DNA of 64,000 bases, taken from NCBI GenBank assembly GCA_900617105.1, contig UYFQ01000260.1:62001-126000 (forward strand). Direction: 5' to 3'. Shown one piece after another: positions 44,111 to 51,486 of the stretch. Source of the stretch: Hydrurus foetidus. Lineage: Eukaryota. Within the stretch, counting starts at the first letter, position 1. Every line of letters begins with the position of its first letter. Under the pieces are notes generated by a model that ran no database searches, was not told the DNA's origin, and saw only the letters and a list, made by a program, of their open reading frames with translations. Both the position numbers and the translations under genes were made by a program.

Positions 44111-44357
44111 ATGCCAACCACCCCCAACCGCTGGCGGCTGGACCGCCAGATTTCGGTCGCCCTGATCGTGGCCGTGGCCCTGCAGGCCGCCGCCGCCCTG
44201 ATGTGGACCGGACGCGCCTCGGCCCGGATCGACGAGATGCACAAGCGCCTCGACACCCAGGCCCCCGTCGCCGAGCGCCTGGCCCGGCTGGAGGAACAGG
44301 CCCGCCAGCCGCGCGGCGCTGGACCGCATCGAAGCCAAGCTGGAGCGCGACCGATGA
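44111..44357 (+). CDS. Small GTA membrane/coiled-coil protein (g3.5 position), frameshifted
   Basis: TM segment ISVALIVAVALQAAAALMW, ERLARLEE; ATGA overlap with the protease. Confidence 0.7.
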
Positions 44358-44773
44358 GCGATGCGCTGAAGATCGAGGGTTACGCCTCGCTGTTCTGGAC
44401 CCGCGACCTCAATGACGACGTCACCGCCGCCGGGGCTTTCGCCGAGAGCCTGGCCGCGAGCGGTGCCGCGGGCGTCAAGATGCTGCACCAGCACGACGAC
44501 GCCGAGCCGATCGGCGTCTGGGACGAGATCACCGAGGACGCCAAGGGCCTGTTCGTCCGTGGCAGGATATTGCGCGCGCCCCGCGCGGCAGGCTGGTCGC
44601 GCCCTGGTCGAGGCCGGCGCGCTGGACGGCCTCTCCATCGGCTTTCGCCAGGTCAAGGCGCGGCAGGACGGGCGCCTGCGGGTGCTGAAGCGGGTGAGCT
44701 TTGGGAGGTGTCGGTCGTCACCTTCCCGATGCTGCCCGGCGCCCGCCTAGTCCGGGTTCTGGATCAGCCTTAG
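44354..44773 (+). CDS. GTA prohead protease, frameshifted
   Basis: IEGYASLF, MLHQHD, PIGVWD, LDGLSIGF, WEVSVVTFPM. Confidence 0.92.
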   Translation: MSDALKIEGYASLFWTRDLNDDVTAAGAFAESLAASGAAGVKMLHQHDDAEPIGVWDEITEDAKGLFVRGRILRAPRAAGWSRPGRGRRAGRPLHRLSPGQGAAGRAPAGAEAGELWEVSVVTFPMLPGARLVRVLDQP

Positions 44774-45109
44774 CAGCGTCCCGTCCGGGTCGATTAGCGC
44801 CGCCATGACGATCAGCTGGCCCATGGCTTCGCGCCGGATGTAGGCGGGGCCAGCTTCGGTGTTTTCTCGGGATCCGGCCGCCTTGCACACCCGTAGAAGC
44901 CGTCGACATCGTCGAGCCGCAGGCACGATCCGAACGAACTGCTGGCTGGATCCAGGTCCGGATACGGGAAGAATTCCAGCGTCAGCGATCCGCGCTCCAG
45001 GATCATCCAGCCATTGTCGCGCCACGACGCCTCGAACCCCAGCGCCGCATAGAAGCGGGCGGTGGTCTCGAAGTCGCGGGACGGCAGGCTGGGCGGCGTG
45101 GTCGGTCAT
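44747..45109 (-). CDS. ble: Bleomycin-binding protein (Ble-MBL/Tn5 Ble-like, VOC fold), frameshifted
   Basis: LPSRDFETTARFYAALGF, GWMILERG, EFFPYPDLDPASSSFGSCLRLDD, IDPDGTLLRLIQNPD. Confidence 0.85.
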   Translation of the reverse strand: MTDHAAQPAVPRLRDHRPLLCGAGVRGVVARQWLDDPGARIADAGILPVSGPGSSQQFVRIVPAARRCRRLLRVCKAAGSRENTEAGPAYIRREAMGQLIVMAALIDPDGTLLRLIQNPD

Positions 45110-45151
45110 TTCGCCACCTTCGCCCAAGGCGACGAGGCCGCGCAACAGAGA

Positions 45152-45252
45152 TCCTCCTCCGGGAGGGCCCAGAGGGCCGGAGGGGCAGCTCGGCCTCGGC
45201 CCAGATGGCCCCCTCAGTCGGCTCCGCCGACAGCTCCCCCGAGGGGAGCATC
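45152..45252. repeat. Degenerate palindromic repeat before the capsid gene
   Basis: GGCCC..GGGCCGGAGGGG and GTCGGCTCCGCCGAC stems shared with family A. Confidence 0.65.
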
Positions 45253-45277
45253 TACCGTTCCAAAACCGGAGAACTCC

Positions 45278-46495
45278 ATGAAAGAGACCAAACACGCCCC
45301 GGCTTCGCCGGGCGCGATGATGCATGAGGTGCTGGCCGCGTTCGAGGCCTTCAAGGCCGCCAACGACCAGCGCCTGGCCGCCATCGAGACCAAGCGGGCC
45401 GACGTGCTGCTGGAGGAGAAGGTCAGCCGCATCGACGAGGCCGTTTCGCGCGCCCAGGACCGTCTGGACCGCGTGCTGGCCGACAGCCGCAGACCCTCTC
45501 TTGGCGTTGACGCGCCGCTGGCGCATGTCGACGAGCGCAAGGCCGCCTTCGACCGCTATATCAAGACCGGCGAAACGCCCGCTTTGCTGCTGGAGGCCAA
45601 GGGTCTGTCGGCGGGCGTGGCCACGGCCGGCGGCTATGTGGCCCCGCCGGAGCTGGAGCGGTCGATCCTGCGCCGCCTTGCGGCCACCAGCCCGATGCGC
45701 GAGATCTGCCAGGTGCGCACCATCAGCGCCGGCGTGTTCCGCAAGCCGGTGTCGCCCGCCGGCCGCCGCCGCCTGGGTGGCCGAGACCGCCGCCCGTCCC
45801 GAGACCACGGCGCCGACGCTGACATCATCGATTTCCCGGCTGGCGAGCTCTATGCCAGCCCGGCCGCGACCCAGGCCCTGCTGGACGACGCCTATGTCAG
45901 CATCGATGAATGGCTGGCCGAGGAGGTGCAGGACGCCTTCGCCGCCCAGGAGACCACGGCCTTCATCAGCGGCGACGGCGTCAACAAGCCCAAGGGCCTG
46001 CTGGCCTACACCGCCGCGCCGGACGCCTCCTACACCTGGGGCCAGATGGGCTATCTGGCCAGCGGCGTCGCCGGCGCCTTCCCGGCCGCCAACCCGACCG
46101 ACAAGCTGATCGACCTGATCTACGCGGCCAAGACCCAGTACCGCCAGAACGGCTGCTTCGTGATGAACCGCCGCACGGTCAGCGTGGTGCGCAAGTTCAA
46201 GGACGCCCAGGGCAACTACATCTGGAACGCGGCCCTGCAGCCGGGGCAGTCGGCCAGCTTGCTCGGCTATCCGGTCACCGAGATCGAGGCCATGCCCGAT
46301 GTGGCGGCGGGCAGCCTGTCGCTGGCGTTCGGCGACTTCGAGAAGGGCTATTTGATTACCGACCGCGCCGGCGTGCGGGTGCTGCGCGACCCCTATTCGG
46401 CCAAGCCGCACGTGCTGTTCTACACCACCAAGCGCGTCGGCGGAGGGGTGCAGAACTTCGACGCGGTGAAGCTGCTGAAGTTCGCGGTTTCTTAG
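45278..46495 (+). CDS. GTA major capsid protein (HK97 fold)
   Basis: SPMREIC, LLDDA, GDGVNKPKG, VLRDPYSAKPHVLFYTTKRVGGGVQNFDAVKLLKF. Confidence 0.96.
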   Translation: MKETKHAPASPGAMMHEVLAAFEAFKAANDQRLAAIETKRADVLLEEKVSRIDEAVSRAQDRLDRVLADSRRPSLGVDAPLAHVDERKAAFDRYIKTGETPALLLEAKGLSAGVATAGGYVAPPELERSILRRLAATSPMREICQVRTISAGVFRKPVSPAGRRRLGGRDRRPSRDHGADADIIDFPAGELYASPAATQALLDDAYVSIDEWLAEEVQDAFAAQETTAFISGDGVNKPKGLLAYTAAPDASYTWGQMGYLASGVAGAFPAANPTDKLIDLIYAAKTQYRQNGCFVMNRRTVSVVRKFKDAQGNYIWNAALQPGQSASLLGYPVTEIEAMPDVAAGSLSLAFGDFEKGYLITDRAGVRVLRDPYSAKPHVLFYTTKRVGGGVQNFDAVKLLKFAVS

Positions 46496-46504
46496 ACTCC
46501 GACC

Positions 46505-46617
46505 ACTTCCCCCTGACGGGCTGCTGCGCAGCGCCGGAGGGGGAGGGGGCCGATGATCCGCTGAACTTCCCCCTCCGTCGTCCCTGTCGGGCCGACACCT
46601 CCGTCTGGGGGGAAGTC
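46505..46617. repeat. Degenerate family A-like repeat
   Basis: ACTTCCCCC ... GGGGGAAGT ends; internal ACTTCCCCCTCCGTCG. Confidence 0.7.
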
Positions 46618-46638
46618 GGCCCCTCACCGGAAAAACCC

Positions 46639-46922
46639 ATGCCCCAATCCCTCACCCTGGCCGAGGCCCGGGCGTTTCTGCGCGCGTCCGACGCCTCGGA
46701 GGACGCCACGATCACCCTGCTGATCGACGCCGCCGAGGCCCGCGTCGCGGCCGCCACCGGCCTGACCCTGACGCCCGCCAGCCCCGCGCCCCTGCGCCTG
46801 GCGATCCTGACCCTGGTCTCCCACGCCTATGCCAACCGCGCCCTGATCGAAGAGGGAGCGGCGAGCCCTCGCTGGCCCTGGTCGAGCCGTGGCTGGCCCC
46901 CTATCGAAAGGCTCGCCTGTGA
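46639..46922 (+). CDS. GTA head-tail connector (short gp6-like)
   Basis: LTLAEARAFLR, LRLAILTLVSHAYANR, LAPYR. Confidence 0.85.
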
Positions 46923-47308
46923 GCGATCAAGCCCTGGCTGACGGCCTCGTCGTCGCCCTCAAGGCCGCGCCGGCCATCACCGCCATCCTTGGCCAGCGGA
47001 TCTATGCCCGCGCCCCGCGCGTGCCGACCTATCCCTGCCTGGCCGTCAGCCGCACCGAGAGCCGTATCGTCGAGGGCGAGGTGATCGAACACCTGCTGAC
47101 CCTGACCTGCGTCTCGAAATTCGGCGGGCCGGAGGAGGCCCGGGCGGTGGTCGCCGCCGTCCGCGCCGTGATCCACGACGCCCGTCCGACCATCGCCGGC
47201 CGCCGGCTGGTCAACCTCCGCGTCGCCTATGCCGACGTCTTCCCCGCCGCCGAGCGCGAGCTGACGCTGGGCATCGTGCGCGTGCGGGCGGTGACCGAAC
47301 CCCTCTAA
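46919..47308 (+). CDS. GTA tail terminator (DUF3168-like)
   Basis: GTGA overlap; RLVNLR, VRVRAVTE; position. Confidence 0.82.
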   Translation: MSDQALADGLVVALKAAPAITAILGQRIYARAPRVPTYPCLAVSRTESRIVEGEVIEHLLTLTCVSKFGGPEEARAVVAAVRAVIHDARPTIAGRRLVNLRVAYADVFPAAERELTLGIVRVRAVTEPL

Positions 47309-47324
47309 TCTAAGGAGCTCACCC

Positions 47325-47741
47325 ATGGCCGCTCAAGCCGGCAAGGATATCCTGCTGAAGATCAGCGACGGGGCGCCCACCCCGACCTTCGTCACCGTCG
47401 CGGGCCTGCGGGCCCGGACCATCAGCCTCAACGCCCGCAGCATCGACACCACCGACAGCGACAGCACCGGCCGCTGGCGCGAGCTGCTGGCCGGAGCGGG
47501 CGTGCGCTCGTGCGCCGTGTCGGGCGCGGGCGTGTTTCGTGACGCGGCCTCGGACGCCCAGGTGCGCCAGAGCTTCTTCGACCAGTCGGCCCGGACATGG
47601 CGGCTGGTGATCCCCGACTTTGGCCAGCTGGAAGGCCCGTTCCTGGTCGCGGCCCTGGACTATGCCGGCGACCACGACGGCGAGGCGGCGTTCGCGCTGA
47701 GCCTGGCGTCGGCGGGGGCGGTGACGTTCACGGCGATCTGA
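47325..47741 (+). CDS. GTA major tail tube protein
   Basis: MAAQAGKDILLK, TVAGLRA, WRELLAGAG, IPDFG, LSLASAG. Confidence 0.95.
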   Translation: MAAQAGKDILLKISDGAPTPTFVTVAGLRARTISLNARSIDTTDSDSTGRWRELLAGAGVRSCAVSGAGVFRDAASDAQVRQSFFDQSARTWRLVIPDFGQLEGPFLVAALDYAGDHDGEAAFALSLASAGAVTFTAI

Positions 47742-47861
47742 CAAGTCCTCCCCCTGAAGGGGGAGGCGGCCCGAAGGGGCCGGAGGGGGAAGTCATCCCA
47801 CGCCGGCCACTTCCCCCTCCGTCGGCTCCGCCGACCCCTCCCCCTTCAGGGGGAGGACTTG
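47742..47861. repeat. Family A palindromic repeat (best-preserved copy)
   Basis: CAAGTCCTCCCCCTGAAGGGGGAGG and its exact reverse complement at the ends. Confidence 0.93.
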
Positions 47862-47874
47862 AAAGGCGCATCCC

Positions 47875-48150
47875 ATGCCACCCCCAAACCCCGCCCGAGG
47901 CGAGGTCGCCATCACCCTCGCCGGAGCCCCGCGCCGCCTGTGCCTGACCCTCGGCGCCCTGGCCCGTATCGAAGGCGCGCTGAACCTCACCGACTGGCGC
48001 GAGCTGCCGGCCCGGATGGAGACCCTGTCGGCTCGCGAACTGCTGGCCGTGCTGGCCGCCCTGATCGAGGGCGAGCCGGCCGACCTGTCCGCCGTTACCA
48101 TTCCCGAAGCCGTCGCCGCCGTGGCCGCCACCCTGGCGGCGTCGGCATGA
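47875..48150 (+). CDS. GTA tail assembly chaperone (g10)
   Basis: NPARGEV, LCLTLGALARIE. Confidence 0.9.
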   Translation: MPPPNPARGEVAITLAGAPRRLCLTLGALARIEGALNLTDWRELPARMETLSARELLAVLAALIEGEPADLSAVTIPEAVAAVAATLAASA

Positions 48151-48329
48151 GCGGCTGGCCCGAGGCCCTGCGGCTGGCCGTGCGGCTGAACATCGCGCCG
48201 CAGGCCTTCTGGCGGCTGTCCCTGCGTGAATGGCGAATGCTGACCGCTGCGCCCGTCGCGCCGGTGCTGACCCGTCCGTCCCTGGACGCCCTGATCGCCC
48301 GCTTTCCCGATGAGGAGACCCCGCCATGA
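48147..48329 (+). CDS. GTA g10.1-like tail assembly chaperone
   Basis: PQAFWRLSLREW, LIARFPD; ATGA overlaps. Confidence 0.88.
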   Translation: MSGWPEALRLAVRLNIAPQAFWRLSLREWRMLTAAPVAPVLTRPSLDALIARFPDEETPP

Positions 48330-48831
48330 GCGGTTTCGACACCGACGGCCTGTCATCCGTCCCCGCCCGCGCCGCCGAGGCCGCCGCCGCGCTGGAGGCC
48401 CTGAAGGCCCCGGCCCAGCGCGCCGCCTCGTCCATCGAAGAGGCCTTCGCGCGGGCGGGATCGAGTCTCGCCAGGTCGCTGGCCAGCGCCGCCGCCGACG
48501 GCGAGATCTCGCTGGCCGAACTGGCCCGCGCGGTGATCGGCGCGGCCGGGGCGGCGATGAAGGGCGGCGGGTTGGCGGAGGCGGTGTCCGGCGTCTTCAC
48601 TGGAGCCCGGGCTGACGGCGGCCCGGTCACGGCGGGCGGCGCCTATCTGGTCGGCGAGCGCGGGCCGAGGTGTTCCGGCCTTCTGGCGCGGGGTCCGTCG
48701 AGCCGCTGGGAAGCGGCGGCGTGTCGGTGACGGTCAATGTGCAGGGCGGCGACGCGGGGGTCTGGCGCGGTCGGACGCCCAGTTGGCGCAAGCCCTGGCG
48801 CGGGCGGTGAGCCTGGGGGCGAGGGGCTTAG
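48326..48831 (+). CDS. GTA short tape measure protein, frameshifted; end approximate
   Basis: GARADGGPV, YLVGERGPE, LAQALARAV. Confidence 0.85.
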
Positions 48832-48840
48832 TCCGTGGAC

Positions 48841-48922
48841 TTGCCCTCCGCGTCTTCGCCGTCCTCCCCGGAGGAAGATGAGCGTCTCCGGGGAGGACGG
48901 CTGCGAAGCAGTCAGGAGGGGC
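48841..48922. repeat. Degenerate family B repeat
   Basis: Colinear with 49496-49597 in the same orientation. Confidence 0.78.
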
Positions 48923-48927
48923 GAGTG

Positions 48928-49383
48928 TCAGATCGCCACCGCCGTCGTCGGCGCCAGGCCGTACTTGTTGTCGCCCGGCTGGCCGGTGCTGAAGCCGACC
49001 CACAGGGTGAAGGCCAGCCACACCGCGAAGGCGACGAACAGCGAGATGAAGAAGCCGCCCAGGGCGGCGAGGGCCGCCAGGTCGGGCTCGCCGTTGCCGA
49101 TGGCCGCCAGGGCCGCCGAGACGCCGATCGAGATGGCCGAGCCGAACACCAGGATCGGGCCGAACACCCAGGGCAGAACCTGCCACCAGCCGGTCTGACC
49201 CATGTCGTGCAGGCGCTTGCGTGATGCAGATCGAGCACCAGATCGAGGCCGCGACAGCGCCCAACCGAAGAACGGCACCCAGCCGGCCACGACGTTCGCG
49301 CCCAGCAGGCACAGCCAGCCGATCCAGAACGCCTGACGGCCGATACGGCCCTCAGCCGAGAAAAACAGGTTCTTCCAGTCCAT
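48928..49383 (-). CDS. DUF805 family membrane protein
   Basis: FSAEGRIGRQAFW, KRLHDMGQTGWW, GQPGDNKYG. Confidence 0.9.
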   Translation of the reverse strand: MDWKNLFFSAEGRIGRQAFWIGWLCLLGANVVAGWVPFFGWALSRPRSGARSASRKRLHDMGQTGWWQVLPWVFGPILVFGSAISIGVSAALAAIGNGEPDLAALAALGGFFISLFVAFAVWLAFTLWVGFSTGQPGDNKYGLAPTTAVAI

Positions 49384-49495
49384 GACGGTCTCCAGTTCTT
49401 GACCTCATACGTAGGGGTTGGGCGTCCGCGCAAGAAGTGAAAAGCGGGTCATGACGCAGACTTAATCGCGGTCTGCTCCGCGCCGGCACTGCCCC

Positions 49496-49597
49496 TTGCC
49501 CCCTCCGCGCCTTCGGCGCTCCTCCCCCGGAGGGGGAAGATGAGAGCGTCTTCCCCCTCCGGGGGAGGACGACCGCGAAGCGGTCAGGAGGGCCTGC
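49496..49597. repeat. Family B palindromic repeat
   Basis: Near-identical reverse complement of 21108-21210. Confidence 0.9.
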
Positions 49598-49640
49598 GGC
49601 GCTTGCCCCACCCATCCACATCCCAAACCCAGGAGCCGCC

Positions 49641-50272
49641 ATGAGCGCCTTCCACGATATCCGCCTGCCCGCGCGGCTGGCCTTCGGCTGCACGGGCGGC
49701 GTCGAGCGGCGCACCGAGGTGGTGACCCTGGCCTCGGGCCACGAGCGCCGCTCCAGTCCGTGGGCCCAGGGTCGCCGCCGCTATCTGATCGCCACCGCCG
49801 CCCGGCCGCTGGACGAGGCGGCCCAGCTGGTCGCCTTCTTCGAGGCCCGGCGGGGACGGCTGCACGGGTTCCGCTTTCGCGACCCGACGGACTTCAATCG
49901 TGCGTCCTGTCGGCCCAGCCGGCGCGACCGATCAGGCCATCGGGACCGGCGACGGCGCGCGCAAGACCTTCCAGCTGGTCAAGGCCTATGGCGGCGCCCC
50001 GAGGTCGCCCTGCGCACGATCACCAAACCAGTCGTCGGCACGGTAAAGGTCGCGGTCGGCGGCGTCGCCCTGGCCCCGGCCGCCTTCACGGCCGATCTGG
50101 CCACGGGCCTCGTCACCCTGGTCGCCGCGCCCGCCGTCGGCGCGGCGGTGAGCGCCGGGTTCGAGTTCGACACCCCGGTGCGTTTCGACATCGACCGGCT
50201 GGACCTGCAGATGGAAGGCTTCGCCGCCGCGCGGATCACCGCCTGTCCGCTGGTCGAGGTGCGGGTTCGATG
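49641..50272 (+). CDS. GTA distal tail protein (DUF2460), frameshifted
   Basis: FHDIRLP, FFEARRGRLHGFRFRD, AGFEFDTPVRFD. Confidence 0.93.
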
Positions 50273-50912
50273 CGCGCCGTTCCCGCCGAACTGGCCGCGC
50301 GCCTGGAAGAGGGCGCGGCCAGCCTGTGCCACGCCTGGATCCTGACCCGCGGCGACGGCGTGGTGCTGGGCTTCACCGATCATGACCGCGATCTGCTGGT
50401 CGAGGGCGTGACCTGTCGCGCCGCCACCGGCTGGACCGCCGGCGCCCACGAGACCGCCGCCGGCTTCGCGCCGGGCTTCGGCCGCGCTGGGCGCGCTGGA
50501 TGACGGCGCAGTCACGGCGCCGGATATCGCGGCAGGGCTCTATGACGGCGCGTCGGTGGCCTGCCTGCGCGTGGACTGGAGCCGGCCCGACCTGTTCGTG
50601 CGCCTGTGGACCGCGCGCATCGCCAGGATCCGCCGCGAAGGCGAGGCCTTCACCGCCGAGCTGGAAGGTCCGCTGGCCGCCCTCGACCGCGTGGCGGGGC
50701 GCACTTTCGGCCGGCTGTGCGACGCGGTGTTCGGCGACGCGCGCTGCGGGGTGTCGGCCGCGCCGGGCGTCAGCTGCGACAAGCGCTGGCGGACCTGCGT
50801 CGACAGCTTCGCCAATGGCCTCAATTTCCGGGGCTTTCCGGCCATGCCGGGCGAGGACTTCCTGACGCTGTATCCGTCCGAGGGCGAACGGCATGACGGG
50901 GGGCGGCGGTGA
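50270..50912 (+). CDS. GTA baseplate hub (DUF2163), frameshifted
   Basis: LGFTDHDRDL, CDAVFGDARC, CDKRWRTC, NFRGFP. Confidence 0.92.
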
Positions 50913-50924
50913 GGGGCGCTGTTC

Positions 50925-51053
50925 CAAGTCCTCCCCCTAGCGGTGTCGGCGTTCGGGCCGACGGAGGGGGAAGTGACTGCTGACTCAATGCGGTCTTCCC
51001 CCACCGGCCCCCGATCAAGTCGGGGACCGCCTCCCCCTTCAGGGGGAGGATTT
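50925..51053. repeat. Family A repeat occupying the 5' end of the NlpC/P60 gene
   Basis: CAAGTCCTCCCCCT ... CCCCCTTCAGGGGGAGGA; spacer matches the copy at 42691-42767. Confidence 0.88.
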
Positions 51054-51054
51054 T

Positions 51055-51486
51055 ATCCTTTCCGAAGCCCGCCAATGGCTGGGCACCCCCTACCGCCATC
51101 AGGCCAGCCTGCGCGGCGTGGGCTGCGACTGCCTGGGTCTGGTCCGGGGTGTGTGGCGCGCTCTGCAGGGCGCCGAGCCTGAAAGCCCGCCGCCCTACCG
51201 GCCTGACTGGGCCGAGCTGGGCGAGCGCGAAATCCTGCTGGAGGCCTTGGGTCGCTGGCTCCTGCCGTTGCGCCCCGTCGACGCCCGCCCCGGCGACGTG
51301 CTGGTCTTCCGCATGGAGCCCAGCGCGGTGGCCAAGCACTGCGCGATCCTGTCGGCTGAAGACCGCATGATCCACGCCTACTGGGGCCGCGCCTGCGTCG
51401 AGAGCTGGCTGGGGCGGTGGTGGCGCGAGCGGCTGGTGGCGGCGTTTCGGTTTCCCTCTCCGACCCAAGATAACGGAGCCCCCTAG
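51055..51486 (+). CDS. GTA NlpC/P60 peptidoglycan peptidase; start codon unresolved
   Basis: ARQWLGTPYRHQAS, GCDCLGLVRGVWR, AKHCAI, MIHAY. Confidence 0.93.
   Translation: MLSEARQWLGTPYRHQASLRGVGCDCLGLVRGVWRALQGAEPESPPPYRPDWAELGEREILLEALGRWLLPLRPVDARPGDVLVFRMEPSAVAKHCAILSAEDRMIHAYWGRACVESWLGRWWRERLVAAFRFPSPTQDNGAP

Noticed and set aside
42188..51053. CRISPR array or integron attC cassettes
   Set aside because: The repeats are 100-130 bp dispersed palindromes between conserved GTA genes; no regular spacers, cas genes or integrase
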